DNA from: Escherichia coli
GTDB taxonomy: Bacteria; Pseudomonadota; Gammaproteobacteria; Enterobacterales; Enterobacteriaceae
Length of the DNA stretch: 64,000 nt
NCBI RefSeq assembly: GCF_045037415.1
Contig: NZ_CP173438.1
Strand: one strand, 5' to 3'
Under the pieces are notes generated by a model, which was given only the letters and a program-made list of their open reading frames with translations, did not search any database and had not been told where the DNA came from. The position numbers and the translations under genes were made by a program. Shown in pieces: positions 1-11,265 of this stretch. Position 1 is the first letter of the stretch. Each line of letters begins with the position of its first letter.

Positions 1-428
1 ATAGCCGTTTAGGCACCCACGGCGGTCTGGCATTGATTTTTGTGGTACTGGCAAAGATTCTGGTGTTAAGCGAGTTGGCTCTGCGTGGCGAACCGATCCT
101 TGCATCGCTGGCGGCAGCATGTGCGGTCAGCCGCGGGACTGCCGCATTATTGATGTATCGTCATCGTTATGCGCGGGAAGAAGGGCTTGGCAATGTGTTC
201 ATTGGCAAAATTGATGGGCGACAAACCTGCGTCACACTCGGCTTAGCCGCTATTTTTGCTGCCGTATTATTGCCGGGTATGCATGGTGTGGCTGCTATGG
301 TGGTGACGATGGTGGCGATTTTCATCCTCGGTCAGCTTCTCAAACGTACGCTGGGCGGGCAAACGGGCGATACGCTGGGAGCAGCCATAGAGTTTGGTGA
401 ACTGGTTTTCCTGCTGGCACTGCTATAA
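1..428 (+). CDS. cobS: Cobalamin synthase (adenosylcobinamide-GDP ribazoletransferase), C-terminal part; gene enters from upstream of window
   Basis: Frame is open from the window start to the stop at 426-428; hydrophobic C-terminus recalled as CobS; immediately upstream of cobT as in E. coli cobUST. Confidence 0.85.
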
Positions 429-439
429 AGAGACGTGAC

Positions 440-1519
440 ATGCAAATACTTGCCGATTTACTGAATACGATCCCAGCCATCAATTCTGCCGCTATGTCGC
501 GTGCACAACGGCATGTTGACGGGTTACTCAAACCTGTTGGTAGCCTGGGAAAGCTGGAGGCGCTTGCCATACAACTGGCAGGAATGCCGGGGTTGAATGG
601 CATACCGCATGTGGGCAAAAAAGCAGTACTGGTTATGTGTGCCGATCACGGCGTCTGGGAGGAAGGGGTCGCTATTTCTCCAAAAGAAGTGACAGCCATA
701 CAGGCTGAAAATATGACCCGTGGAACAACCGGCGTGTGTGTGCTGGCAGCACAAGCGGGCGCTAACGTCCACGTAATTGATGTTGGTATTGATACTGCTG
801 AGCCTATCCCCGGGCTTATCAACATGCGTGTCGCACGAGGTAGCGGCAATATTGCTTCAGCTCCGGCAATGAGTCGCCGTCAGGCTGAAAAGTTGCTTTT
901 GGACGTCATATGTTATACGCGGGAGCTGGCAAAAAACGGTGTCACGCTGTTTGGTGTAGGTGAACTGGGGATGGCAAACACGACACCGGCAGCGGCAATA
1001 GTCAGCACAATCACTGGCCGGGATCCTGAAGAAGTGGTTGGGATTGGCGCAAACCTGCCGACAGATAAACTGGCTAATAAAATTGATGTTGTGCGTCGGG
1101 CGATTACGTTGAATCAACCAAATCCTCAGGATGGTGTTGATGTCCTGGCAAAAGTGGGTGGATTTGATTTGGTCGGAATAGCTGGAGTGATGTTAGGTGC
1201 TGCTTCCTGCGGTTTACCCGTGTTGCTGGATGGATTTCTTTCTTATGCTGCTGCGCTCGCAGCCTGCCAGATGTCTCCTGCAATCAAACCGTATCTCATT
1301 CCTTCTCACTTGTCGGCAGAAAAAGGCGCGCGTATAGCGCTCTCGCATTTGGGGCTGGAGCCTTATCTCAATATGGATATGCGTTTAGGTGAGGGGAGTG
1401 GTGCAGCTCTGGCGATGTCCATCATCGAAGCTGCTTGTGCGATATACAACAACATGGGCGAACTTGCTGCCAGTAATATTGTTCTACCGGGGAATACGAC
1501 TTCTGATTTGAACAGCTAA
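440..1519 (+). CDS. cobT: Nicotinate-nucleotide--dimethylbenzimidazole phosphoribosyltransferase
   Basis: 359-aa ORF with ATG at 440; length and sequence match CobT; synteny cobS-cobT-erfK. Confidence 0.9.
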
Positions 1520-1580
1520 AAACGAAAAGTCTGATAAAAGCTATACTTATCGGATAGTATTCGCGACTTAGGAAAGGGAC

Positions 1581-2516
1581 ATGATGCGTCGTGTAAATAT
1601 TCTTTGCTCATTTGCTCTGCTTTTTGCCAGCCAAAATAGCCTGGCGGTAACTTATCCATTACCTCCAGAGGGTAGCCGTTTAGTGGGGCAGTCGCTTACT
1701 GTAACTGTTCCTGATCACAATACTCAGCCGCTGGAGACTTTTGCCGCACAATACGGGCAAGGGTTAAGTAATATGCTGGAAGCGAATCCGGGCGCTGATG
1801 TTTTTTTGCCGAAGCCTGGCTCACAACTCACCATTCCGCAGCAACTGATTTTGCCCGCCACTGTTCGTAAAGGGATTGTGGTTAACGTCGCTGAAATGCG
1901 TCTTTATTACTATCCGCCAGACAGTAATACAGTGGAAGTCTTTCCTATTGGTATCGGCCAGGCTGGGCGAGAAACCCCGCGTAACTGGGTGACTACCGTT
2001 GAACGTAAACAAGAAGCACCAACCTGGACGCCAACGCCGAACACCCGGCGCGAATATGCGAAACGAGGGGAGAGTTTGCCCGCATTTGTTCCTGCGGGGC
2101 CCGATAACCCCATGGGGCTGTACGCGATTTATATTGGCAAGTTGTATGCCATCCACGGTACCAATGCCAATTTTGGTATTGGGCTCCGCGTAAGTCAGGG
2201 CTGTATTCGTCTGCGTAATGACGATATCAAATATCTGTTTGATAATGTTCCTGTAGGCACTCGTGTACAAATTATTGATCAGCCAGTGAAATACACAACG
2301 GAACCGGATGGTTCAAAGTGGCTGGAAGTTCATGAGCCGCTGTCGCGCAATCGTGCAGAATATGAGTCTGACCGAAAAGTGCCATTGCCGGTAACCCCAT
2401 CTTTGCGGGCGTTTATCAACGGGCAAGAAGTTGATGTAAATCGCGCAAATGCTGCGTTGCAACATCGATCGGGAATGCCTGTGCAAATTAGTTCTGGTTC
2501 AAGACAGATGTTTTAA
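1581..2516 (+). CDS. ldtA: L,D-transpeptidase ErfK/LdtA (YkuD family)
   Basis: 311-aa ORF with signal peptide and YkuD-type catalytic region (HGT...GCIRL); position between cobT and tRNA-Asn as in E. coli. Confidence 0.85.
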   Translation: MMRRVNILCSFALLFASQNSLAVTYPLPPEGSRLVGQSLTVTVPDHNTQPLETFAAQYGQGLSNMLEANPGADVFLPKPGSQLTIPQQLILPATVRKGIVVNVAEMRLYYYPPDSNTVEVFPIGIGQAGRETPRNWVTTVERKQEAPTWTPTPNTRREYAKRGESLPAFVPAGPDNPMGLYAIYIGKLYAIHGTNANFGIGLRVSQGCIRLRNDDIKYLFDNVPVGTRVQIIDQPVKYTTEPDGSKWLEVHEPLSRNRAEYESDRKVPLPVTPSLRAFINGQEVDVNRANAALQHRSGMPVQISSGSRQMF

Positions 2517-2538
2517 GAGCGTTGGTAATTAGAAAGTA

Positions 2539-2566
2539 AAAAGCCTGCTCGAAAGCAGGCTTTTTT
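2539..2566 (+). terminator. Rho-independent terminator downstream of erfK
   Basis: GC hairpin aaagcctgctcgaaagcaggc followed by a T-run. Confidence 0.6.
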
Positions 2567-2571
2567 GAATT

Positions 2572-2647
2572 TGGCTCCTCTGACTGGACTCGAACCAGTG
2601 ACATACGGATTAACAGTCCGCCGTTCTACCGACTGAACTACAGAGGA
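2572..2647 (-). tRNA. asnV: tRNA-Asn (GUU)
   Basis: 76-nt reverse-complement match to the E. coli tRNA-Asn sequence (tcctctgtagttcagtcggtagaacggcggactgttaatccgtatgtcactggttcgagtccagtcagaggagcca); copy name by synteny. Confidence 0.9.
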
Positions 2648-2973
2648 ATCGTGTGAACGGGGCGCATATTAATGGCAGTGCATGGTGATGTCAAAGGGTG
2701 AAATGCATTTTTTTGTTTGTTTGCTGACAATTTCAACAAAGTGGTGAGCTTTCAATCTTATTGGGTAATGAACCATCGTGGTGCATACCCCCCTTTTATA
2801 GGGCAGGTGAATGCGACTGCTGATAAAAAGGGCCAATGACGAATCTATCATAATCTCTTATTTGACAGTTGGTTAGCTTGCGCATCAACGCTAAAATAGA
2901 ACTGGCAAGCATCTTGCATTCTGGTTGTAAGTAATGGCGGCACTTGGGCCGATTCTTAAAAACCGGAGGCAAC

Positions 2974-3891
2974 ATGAACTTCAGACGCCTGAAATACTTC
3001 GTAAAAATTGTAGATATTGGTAGCCTGACCCAGGCTGCTGAAGTATTGCATATCGCACAACCAGCGCTCAGCCAGCAGGTTGCCACACTGGAAGGTGAGT
3101 TAAATCAACAGCTTTTGATTCGCACAAAACGGGGCGTTACGCCAACAGGCGCCGGAAAAATTCTCTATACCCATGCACGGGCCATTTTACGTCAGTGTGA
3201 GCAGGCCCAACTGGCGGTGCATAACGTTGGTCAGTCATTATCGGGGCAAGTCTCGATTGGCTTTGCGCCAGGAACCGCTGCGTCATCCATCACCATGCCC
3301 TTATTACAGGCGGTTCGCGCTGAATTCCCGGAGGTCGTTATCTATCTTCATGAAAATAGTGGTGCAGTGCTTAACGAAAAACTGATAAATCACCAACTCG
3401 ATATGGCGGTGATTTATGAGCATTCCCCTGTGGCTGGGGTATCCAGTCAGGCTTTGCTGAAAGAAGATCTTTTCCTGGTAGGAACTCAAGATTGCCCGGG
3501 GCAAAGCGTTGATGTTAATGCTATTGCGCAAATGAACCTTTTTCTCCCCAGTGATTACAGCGCTGTTAGACTTCGTGTTGATGAGGCTTTTTCCCTACGG
3601 CGGCTCACGGCAAAAGTCATTGGTGAAATTGAGTCTATTGCCACGCTTACCGCAGCGATTGCCAGCGGCATGGGCGTTGCAGTATTACCTGAATCGGCTG
3701 CGCGTTCGTTATGTGGCGCAGTAAATGGGTGGATGTCACGCATTACCACTCCTTCAATGAGTCTCTCTTTGTCCTTAAATTTACCCGCCAGAGCAAACTT
3801 GTCACCACAGGCACAGGCAGTGAAAGAGTTGTTAATGTCAGTGATTAGTTCTCCAGTGATGGAAAAAAGGCAGTGGCAATTGGTGAGCTAA
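2974..3891 (+). CDS. nac: LysR-family nitrogen assimilation control protein Nac
   Basis: N-terminus MNFRRLKYFVKIVDIGSLTQAAEVLHIAQPALSQQV matches Nac; GGAGG RBS before ATG at 2974; the track ORF starts 30 nt upstream at a non-native start. Confidence 0.9.
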   Translation: MNFRRLKYFVKIVDIGSLTQAAEVLHIAQPALSQQVATLEGELNQQLLIRTKRGVTPTGAGKILYTHARAILRQCEQAQLAVHNVGQSLSGQVSIGFAPGTAASSITMPLLQAVRAEFPEVVIYLHENSGAVLNEKLINHQLDMAVIYEHSPVAGVSSQALLKEDLFLVGTQDCPGQSVDVNAIAQMNLFLPSDYSAVRLRVDEAFSLRRLTAKVIGEIESIATLTAAIASGMGVAVLPESAARSLCGAVNGWMSRITTPSMSLSLSLNLPARANLSPQAQAVKELLMSVISSPVMEKRQWQLVS

Positions 3892-3992
3892 GCGTTATAT
3901 CGGGATGGAATAAGATGCGGGTTTTTATTATTTGTTATGCCGGGCATTAGACTTTAACAATAACGGGATATCTGAACTGCCCGGAGTTTACC

Positions 3993-4943
3993 GTGAATTT
4001 CCAACAACTAAAGATAATCCGCGAGGCTGCACGTCAGGATTACAACCTGACAGAGGTTGCGAATATGCTTTTTACCTCACAGTCAGGCGTTAGCCGTCAT
4101 ATTCGGGAACTGGAGGATGAACTTGGCATCGAAATATTTGTTCGACGAGGTAAGCGACTGCTGGGCATGACTGAACCGGGCAAAGCATTACTGGTCATTG
4201 CAGAACGCATTCTGAATGAAGCCAGTAATGTTCGTCGGCTCGCAGACCTGTTTACCAACGATACGTCTGGCGTTCTCACTATTGCAACGACGCATACTCA
4301 GGCACGTTATAGCTTGCCTGAGGTCATTAAAGCTTTTCGCGAACTTTTCCCGGAGGTTCGGCTGGAGCTAATCCAGGGTACACCACAGGAAATTGCGACG
4401 TTGTTGCAAAATGGCGAAGCTGATATTGGTATCGCCAGCGAGCGTTTGAGTAATGACCCGCAGCTCGTCGCCTTCCCGTGGTTTCGTTGGCACCATAGTT
4501 TGCTTGTTCCACTCGATCATCCCTTGACGCAAATTACACCGTTGACGCTGGAATCAATAGCGAAGTGGCCGTTAATTACTTACCGACAGGGGATTACGGG
4601 GCGCTCACGCATTGATGACGCATTTGCCCGCAAAGGTTTGCCGGCAGATATTGTATTAAGTGCACAGGATTCTGATGTCATTAAAACCTATGTTGCTCTT
4701 GGGCTTGGGATCGGATTAGTTGCCGAACAATCCAGCGGCGAACAAGAGGAAAAGAATTTAATCCGCCTGGATACGCGGCATCTTTTCGATGCTAATACTG
4801 TCTGGTTGGGACTGAAGCGAGGGCAACTTCAGCGTAACTATGTCTGGCGCTTTCTGGAACTTTGTAATGCAGGACTGTCAGTTGAGGATATCAAGCGCCA
4901 GGTGATGGAAAACAGTGAAGAGGAAATTGATTATCAGATATAG
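3993..4943 (+). CDS. cbl: LysR-family regulator Cbl (CysB-like)
   Basis: 316-aa ORF starting MNFQQLKIIREAARQDYNLTEVANMLFTSQSGVSRHIRELEDELGIEIF; nac-cbl tandem as in E. coli. Confidence 0.9.
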   Translation: MNFQQLKIIREAARQDYNLTEVANMLFTSQSGVSRHIRELEDELGIEIFVRRGKRLLGMTEPGKALLVIAERILNEASNVRRLADLFTNDTSGVLTIATTHTQARYSLPEVIKAFRELFPEVRLELIQGTPQEIATLLQNGEADIGIASERLSNDPQLVAFPWFRWHHSLLVPLDHPLTQITPLTLESIAKWPLITYRQGITGRSRIDDAFARKGLPADIVLSAQDSDVIKTYVALGLGIGLVAEQSSGEQEEKNLIRLDTRHLFDANTVWLGLKRGQLQRNYVWRFLELCNAGLSVEDIKRQVMENSEEEIDYQI

Positions 4944-4945
4944 CA

Positions 4946-4972
4946 AAAAGCCCGCTATAAAAGCGGGCTTTT
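4946..4972 (+). terminator. Rho-independent terminator downstream of cbl
   Basis: Hairpin aaaagcccgctataaaagcgggctttt. Confidence 0.55.
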
Positions 4973-4980
4973 CAGAAATT

Positions 4981-5056
4981 TGGCTCCTCTGACTGGACTC
5001 GAACCAGTGACATACGGATTAACAGTCCGCCGTTCTACCGACTGAACTACAGAGGA
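4981..5056 (-). tRNA. asnU: tRNA-Asn (GUU)
   Basis: Second reverse-complement copy of the 76-nt tRNA-Asn sequence. Confidence 0.9.
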
Positions 5057-5216
5057 ATCGCTGTTGAGGCACATCTTAACGGCGAAAAATATTTTGTCAA
5101 ACCCGATTTTTAAATTTCCCAACTGTTTGCCGTTTCTATCAACAGTTTGTTGCATTTGCAGACAATTTGTTGGCGAAAATCTTTGCAGCTTTGCTGATTC
5201 TCCCTCATCATTTGAA

Positions 5217-6704
5217 ATGTGGTTTCACTTTCTGCAATTAAGGTCGGCTTTGAATATCTCCTCTGCTTTACGCCAGGTTGTTCACGGCACTCGCTGGCAC
5301 TCTAAACGCAAGAGCTACAAAGTGTTGTTCTGGCGCGAGATAACCCCGCTTGCTGTTCCTATCTTCATGGAGAACGCCTGTGTCCTGTTGATGGGGGTCC
5401 TGAGCACTTTTCTGGTCAGCTGGCTGGGAAAAGATGCGATGGCCGGCGTGGGGTTGGCGGACAGCTTCAATATGGTCATTATGGCTTTTTTTGCAGCTAT
5501 CGATCTTGGTACTACTGTCGTTGTAGCATTTAGTCTCGGTAAGCGAGATCGACGACGAGCGAGGGTGGCGACGCGGCAGTCATTGGTGATCATGACGTTG
5601 TTTGCCGTACTGTTGGCAACGCTAATTCATCATTTTGGCGAACAAATTATTGATTTCGTCGCGGGTGATGCCACGACAGACGTTAAAGCACTGGCGTTGA
5701 CTTATCTGGAGCTGACCGTATTCAGTTATCCAGCAGCTGCCATCACTCTTATTGGTAGCGGGGCACTTCGTGGTGCAGGGAATACGAAAATACCGCTACT
5801 GATTAACGGTAGCCTGAATATTCTTAATATTATTATTAGCGGCATATTGATTTACGGCCTTTTCTCCTGGGCGGGACTGGGATTTGTCGGGGCTGGGTTG
5901 GGTTTAACCATTTCTCGTTATATTGGCGCAGTTGCAATTTTGTGGGTGCTGGCGATTGGTTTTAATCCTGCGCTAAGGATTTCGTTAAAGAGCTATTTTA
6001 AACCGCTGAATTTTAGCATTATCTGGGAAGTCATGGGGATTGGTATTCCAGCGAGTGTCGAATCAGTGTTATTTACCAGTGGTCGGTTATTAACCCAAAT
6101 GTTCGTTGCCGGGATGGGGACCAGCGTTATTGCCGGAAATTTTATCGCGTTCTCAATTGCGGCTCTTATCAACTTACCCGGAAGTGCGCTCGGTTCTGCT
6201 TCTACGATCATTACAGGCCGAAGGTTGGGGGTAGGGCAGATAGCGCAAGCAGAGATTCAGTTGCGGCATGTGTTCTGGCTGTCCACTCTTGGATTAACGG
6301 CCATCGCCTGGCTAACGGCTCCCTTTGCCGGGGTTATGGCATCGTTTTACACCCAGGATCCACAGGTTAAACACGTCGTTGTGATTCTGATTTGGCTAAA
6401 TGCTTTATTTATGCCTATTTGGTCCGCCTCATGGGTGCTACCCGCTGGATTTAAAGGTGCTCGTGATGCCCGTTACGCCATGTGGGTTTCGATGTTGAGC
6501 ATGTGGGGTTGTCGGGTTGTAGTCGGTTATGTGCTGGGAATCATGCTTGGCTGGGGTGTGGTTGGTGTCTGGATGGGAATGTTTGCCGACTGGGCTGTGC
6601 GGGCCGTGCTGTTTTACTGGCGAATGGTTACTGGACGTTGGCTATGGAAATACCCTCGATCCGAGCCGCAAAAGTGTGAAAAAAAGCCAGTTGTGTCGGA
6701 ATAA
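5217..6704 (+). CDS. yeeO: MATE-family multidrug/flavin efflux transporter YeeO
   Basis: Polytopic membrane protein with MATE-like repeats; track ORF starts at 5064, but the start at 5217 (MWFHF...) gives the 495-aa length recalled for YeeO; start uncertain. Confidence 0.8.
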   Translation: MWFHFLQLRSALNISSALRQVVHGTRWHSKRKSYKVLFWREITPLAVPIFMENACVLLMGVLSTFLVSWLGKDAMAGVGLADSFNMVIMAFFAAIDLGTTVVVAFSLGKRDRRRARVATRQSLVIMTLFAVLLATLIHHFGEQIIDFVAGDATTDVKALALTYLELTVFSYPAAAITLIGSGALRGAGNTKIPLLINGSLNILNIIISGILIYGLFSWAGLGFVGAGLGLTISRYIGAVAILWVLAIGFNPALRISLKSYFKPLNFSIIWEVMGIGIPASVESVLFTSGRLLTQMFVAGMGTSVIAGNFIAFSIAALINLPGSALGSASTIITGRRLGVGQIAQAEIQLRHVFWLSTLGLTAIAWLTAPFAGVMASFYTQDPQVKHVVVILIWLNALFMPIWSASWVLPAGFKGARDARYAMWVSMLSMWGCRVVVGYVLGIMLGWGVVGVWMGMFADWAVRAVLFYWRMVTGRWLWKYPRSEPQKCEKKPVVSE

Positions 6705-6804
6705 ACGACAAAATGCAGATTATTTCAGCAAACGATTTCAAATTTAAAAAACAGGCTTTGACATTGTGGGTGGGCATCGCTAATATTCGCCTCGTTCTCA
6801 CGAT

Positions 6805-6880
6805 TCCTCTGTAGTTCAGTCGGTAGAACGGCGGACTGTTAATCCGTATGTCACTGGTTCGAGTCCAGTCAGAGGAGCCA
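6805..6880 (+). tRNA. asnW: tRNA-Asn (GUU)
   Basis: Direct 76-nt tRNA-Asn sequence on the plus strand; in inverted orientation relative to asnU, flanking yeeO. Confidence 0.9.
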
Positions 6881-6943
6881 AATTTTAGTTTTGAGACATC
6901 TCTATGAGTCTCAGGACAGTTAAAAAATAAAAATTATTTTTAC

Positions 6944-6977
6944 CCGGTCACTTTGTAAAAAAGTGGCCGGGTTTTTG
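6944..6977 (+). terminator. Putative rho-independent terminator after asnW
   Basis: Hairpin cccggtcactttgtaaaaaagtggccggg followed by ttttt. Confidence 0.5.
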
Positions 6978-7333
6978 ATTTCTGTGTTTCGTGCGCTTAA
7001 TCGAGTCTCACGCTTCAGTGAGCAAATTGCCCCTCCCCAACAGACATCACGATTCACAAGGTCAAAAATTCTGTTCCATGAAGTACCGTACAAAGATAAA
7101 GAGAAAAATGCCTTATGCGGGATGTAGCTGTCGCGTCTTTATCGGGAAACTATACGTAATTGCCACTTTGTCTTCGGTAATCAGAAAAAGAAGACCTGCC
7201 ATTTTAATAAATATTATTTCTCTGGGAACGGGGATTTTTTATAAGCAATATGACGAGTTAAACATTATATTTTTATAAGGATTATATGAGATTAAAGAAA
7301 TCTGCCATAAAGACAGATTTCTTTAACATATAA

Positions 7334-8050
7334 TTAGAGATTTGCGACGTTATGATAAACTTTTTGTACATCGTCGTCATCTTCAAGGGCATCAACAAGC
7401 CCTTCAAAGATTTCTAAATCTTCTGGGGAAAGCTCAACTTCAGATTGAGCAATCATTTCTAATTCTGTTGTTGAGAACTCAGTGATTCCAGCTGCTTTTA
7501 GCGCCGCGATTCCTTTATGAAGGTCAGTAGGTTCAGTATAAATAACAATATTACCTTCTTCTTCAGTTACATCACGAACATCAACTTCAGCTTCAAGCAA
7601 AATTTCAAAAATATGGTCAGGGTCTGTTCCTTTAAATACAATCACACCCGTATTGTCAAACATATAGCTGACAGAACCTGCCGCTCCGATATTGCCGCCT
7701 TTTTTATTGAAAATTGTGCGAACGTTAGCAATCGTACGGTTAACATTTGAAGTTAATGTCTCAGCGATAATCATTGAGCCATTAGGACCAAAGCCTTCAT
7801 AACGTCCCTGCACGAACGTTTCATCTCCGCCGCCTTTGGCTTTATCAATTGCTTTATCAATAACGTGCTTTGGAACTTGTGCTTGTTTTGCACGTTCAAT
7901 AACGAATTTTAAAGATGTGTTTAATTCTGGATCGGGTTCACCTTGTTTGGCAGCAGCATAGATTTCTACACCGAATTTTGCATAAATTTTAGACGTTGCA
8001 CCGTCTTTAGCCGTTTTTTTAGCAACAATATTGGCCCATTTACGTCCCAC
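7334..8050 (-). CDS. yeeN: YebC/PmpR-family transcriptional regulator YeeN
   Basis: 238-aa ORF starting [27 protein letters not shown], typical of the YebC family; synteny asnW-yeeN-amn. Confidence 0.9.
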
Positions 8051-8392
8051 TGGAATGATCTCCTCGAAAATTTATTTACATTACTGGTAAATCGTTAACA
8101 TGTGTTAATTCGGCATATTATATCATAACAGGAAAAATCTCGTCTATTAGAAATAAAAATATTCTAAAGCCATAATCTTATATTTAATTTTATAAAAACT
8201 AATGTTGTTGGCGGGATTTTTTATAATTGTGTTTTGAAAGCATACTTGCTTTTAATATGTGGAAATCATTAAGACGATAATAAAACTCGCATCTGCCCAA
8301 GGAAGCAAACAGCCCGCGTTTATTGCAGGCTATTTGCCAGATGTCTTACTTAATCCTTCACATCTATTTCTGATAAGAAGGTTCATAACTTA

Positions 8393-9847
8393 TTATCGGA
8401 ACGGCGGCTCATTAAAGGTTCGTAATTTACGTGAATGCAGTCGGTCGCCTTCTGCGCGCAGCAAATCGATCGCCCGAATGCCAATTTGCAGGTGTTCGGA
8501 AATAGCGCCTTCATAAAAACGGTTAGCCTGGCCGGGAAGCTTAATCTCACCATGTAACGGTTTATCTGAAACACACAGTAGTGTCCCGTATGGCACGCGG
8601 AAACGATATCCTTGCGCGGCAATGGTTGCACTTTCCATATCAATTGCTACGGCCCGGCTTAAGTTAAAACGAAGTGCAGAAGCTGAGTAACGTAACTCCC
8701 AGTTCCTGTCATCTGTGGTTACCACCGTGCCAGTACGTAACCGCTGTTTGACTTCTTCACCAGGCCTGCCGCTGACTAACTTGGTAGCGTCATAAAGCGC
8801 ACGTTGCACTTCAGCAATGCTCGGAATAGGAATATCGGGCGGCAGAACCGCATCAAGAACGTGGTCATCGCGTAAATAAGCGTGTGCAAGGACATAATCT
8901 CCAATGGCCTGGCTTTCACGTAATCCGCCACAGTGACCAATCATCAACCAGACATCCGGGCGTAGCACTGCCAGATGATCGCAGATGGTTTTAGCATTGG
9001 ACGGTCCCACGCCAATATTCACCAGAGTAATACCCTGACCATCAGCGGTAATTAAATGCCATGCTGGCATCTGGTGTTTTTTCCATGCAAGGTCGGAAAT
9101 GGCTTCTTCTGGCGCTTCGGTTTCGGCAGTGATCCAGTTCCCGCCAGCACAAGAAAGGGCAATGTAGGGACTATCAGGATCGAGGATCTGGCTGCATCCC
9201 CAACGAACGAATTCATCCACATAACGTGTGTAGTTGGTAAACAAGACGAACGGTTGAAAATGTTCTACTGGCGTACCGGTATAATGGCGCAACCGTGCGA
9301 GGGAAAAATCAACCCGGCGAGCATCAAAATGCGATAGCGGGGAGAATTCCGTTGGATGATAAATGCCGTCTGCAGTTTCATCGCCAATTTGCGCCAGTTC
9401 TGTTGTCGGGAAGTAGCGAGTTAACCCAGCGCTCATTGAGCGATCAAGTGTCAATTCAGAGCCATCGATGACATAAGGATAAGGGATTTCATGCTGCGAG
9501 GGTTGCACCGAGATATGCGCACCATAATCCTGATACAGCAACGTAAGTTGTTCATTGAGATACGAACGAAAGAGAGTAGGGCGAGTAATCGTGGTGGTGT
9601 AGCTGCCTGCGTGGGTAAAACGACCAAATGCGCGCGTTTTGGGGGGATTAGTTGTGCTACCGTCCCAGGTTACGGTCAGTGATGGATAGACAAAAAGACC
9701 TTGTTTGCGGGCGTTTTCATCAGGTAATTCGCCACTTGTAATATATTTGCCAATGGCGTTGCGTAAAGCAACTACAGATTGCTCATACAGCGCGTCGAGT
9801 TTATCCAGTGCCTGAGCTGGGGTCAGACCGGAGCCCTTATTATTCAT
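8393..9847 (-). CDS. amn: AMP nucleosidase
   Basis: Start at MNNKGSGLTPAQALDKLDALYEQS gives 484 aa; AGGAG-like RBS upstream; the track ORF (to 10003) has a 52-codon N-terminal extension that is probably not translated. Confidence 0.9.
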   Translation of the reverse strand: MNNKGSGLTPAQALDKLDALYEQSVVALRNAIGKYITSGELPDENARKQGLFVYPSLTVTWDGSTTNPPKTRAFGRFTHAGSYTTTITRPTLFRSYLNEQLTLLYQDYGAHISVQPSQHEIPYPYVIDGSELTLDRSMSAGLTRYFPTTELAQIGDETADGIYHPTEFSPLSHFDARRVDFSLARLRHYTGTPVEHFQPFVLFTNYTRYVDEFVRWGCSQILDPDSPYIALSCAGGNWITAETEAPEEAISDLAWKKHQMPAWHLITADGQGITLVNIGVGPSNAKTICDHLAVLRPDVWLMIGHCGGLRESQAIGDYVLAHAYLRDDHVLDAVLPPDIPIPSIAEVQRALYDATKLVSGRPGEEVKQRLRTGTVVTTDDRNWELRYSASALRFNLSRAVAIDMESATIAAQGYRFRVPYGTLLCVSDKPLHGEIKLPGQANRFYEGAISEHLQIGIRAIDLLRAEGDRLHSRKLRTFNEPPFR

Positions 9848-9948
9848 GTGTGTCTCCTGTTCCATACAATTACCGCACATCCGATAGTATGTCACAGGAA
9901 TGTGAAACAAAAGTATAAGGCGAAGATCGGATGATCTTCGCCAGGCTA

Positions 9949-11265
9949 TCACGAGCGTTGATTGTCTTTCATCAATAAAGCGGTCATTGCAGAAATCAGG
10001 CATCCAGCCAGCAAATAAATGGCGACGCTATGCCAGTTCCCGGCAAAGTAAGTGATGAGTGCAGCGGCAATAAAAGGTGTAAATCCACCGCCAACCACAC
10101 TGGCAACCTGATAACCGACTCCAGCACCACTGTAGCGATAACTGGCACCAAACATTTCGGTAAACATCGGTTGTTGCACACACACCACCATGTCATGCGC
10201 AATGTTTGCCAGCATTATGGAGAAGAAAACTATCCAGAAAATAGATTGTGCTTCAAGCGCCATAAAGAAAGGAAATGCGCTCAACGTTCCGATCAACGCG
10301 CCTGTAATATAAACCCTGCGCCGACCAAAACGATCGGCAAGCCAGGCAAAACAGGGAATTGTCAGGCAGCTTAATCCACCTACCAGCAAACCAATATTAA
10401 GGAAAAGTTCGCGCGGTAACCCCATATTCTGGGTTGAATAATTAAGTGCAAAGGCAGTAACAATGTACATCGTCAGCAACTCGCACAGTCGTAGTGCAAT
10501 AATCTTCAGGAAAGCACCGGGATGTCGTAACAGAGCTTCGATAACCGGGATGCGTTTTTTCGCGGCCGCTTGATTATGTTGCTGTTGTTCAAATTCCGCG
10601 GACTCCTCCATGCCATTGCGCACCCACAATGCTCCCAGTACCAGTACGATGCTAAACAGGAAAGGAATGCGCCAGCCCCAGCTTAAAAACTGTTCGTCAG
10701 TCGTCATCATACTGATCAATGAAACCAGTCCGGTTGAAAGCAGTAAACCTACACCGTAGCCAACTTGTACACCGCTACTGTAAAAGGCTTTTTTATTTTT
10801 CGGCGCACTTTCAACGGAAAGCAACGCTGCGCCTCCCCATTCGCCGCCGACGGCAAATCCCTGAATGGCACGCAGTGTCACCAGCAAAATAGGTGCCCAC
10901 CACCCAATGGTCGAGAATGAAGGAAGAATACCAATTAAGGCTGTCGCGATGCCCATCATCCAGACGGTCAGCATTAACATGCGCTTACGTCCCAGTCGGT
11001 CGCCAAAGTGACCGAAAATGACACCGCCGAGCGGTCGGAAAAGGAAGCCGACACCAAAGGTGGCAAATGCGGCGAGCGTTCCCATCGCCGGGCTTACTTG
11101 CGGGAAAAACTCGCGATTAAACACCAGTGCGGCGGTAATGCCATAGAGTAGAAAATCATACCAGTCGACGACGGCACCAGCGAAACTGCCTAACGCAGCT
11201 CGTCGGGCGCGACTTAACGAAAGCGTCCCTTCATCGGGACGAGTGGAGATGAGCGTGGAGTCCAT
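9949..11265 (-). CDS. shiA: Shikimate transporter (MFS)
   Basis: 438-aa 12-TM MFS protein starting MDSTLISTRPDEGTLSLSRARRAALGSFAG; synteny amn-shiA. Confidence 0.9.
   Translation of the reverse strand: MDSTLISTRPDEGTLSLSRARRAALGSFAGAVVDWYDFLLYGITAALVFNREFFPQVSPAMGTLAAFATFGVGFLFRPLGGVIFGHFGDRLGRKRMLMLTVWMMGIATALIGILPSFSTIGWWAPILLVTLRAIQGFAVGGEWGGAALLSVESAPKNKKAFYSSGVQVGYGVGLLLSTGLVSLISMMTTDEQFLSWGWRIPFLFSIVLVLGALWVRNGMEESAEFEQQQHNQAAAKKRIPVIEALLRHPGAFLKIIALRLCELLTMYIVTAFALNYSTQNMGLPRELFLNIGLLVGGLSCLTIPCFAWLADRFGRRRVYITGALIGTLSAFPFFMALEAQSIFWIVFFSIMLANIAHDMVVCVQQPMFTEMFGASYRYSGAGVGYQVASVVGGGFTPFIAAALITYFAGNWHSVAIYLLAGCLISAMTALLMKDNQRS

Noticed and set aside
5064-5216. Upstream extensions of track ORFs (yeeO from 5064; likewise amn to 10003, rha to 53002, ybtX from 42345, nac from 2944, ybtU to 21943)
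   Set aside because: The extensions lack RBS support, overlap upstream tRNA, terminator or gene ends, and the internal starts reproduce the protein lengths recalled for these genes.
6991-7278. 95-aa ORF between asnW and yeeN
   Set aside because: AT-rich intergenic region in the yeeN promoter/terminator area; no RBS or recognisable protein features, so probably a chance ORF.
8259-8643. ORFs 8259-8516 (+) and 8383-8643 (-) between yeeN and amn
   Set aside because: They overlap the 3' end of amn and its flanking AT-rich intergenic region in other frames; no supporting features.
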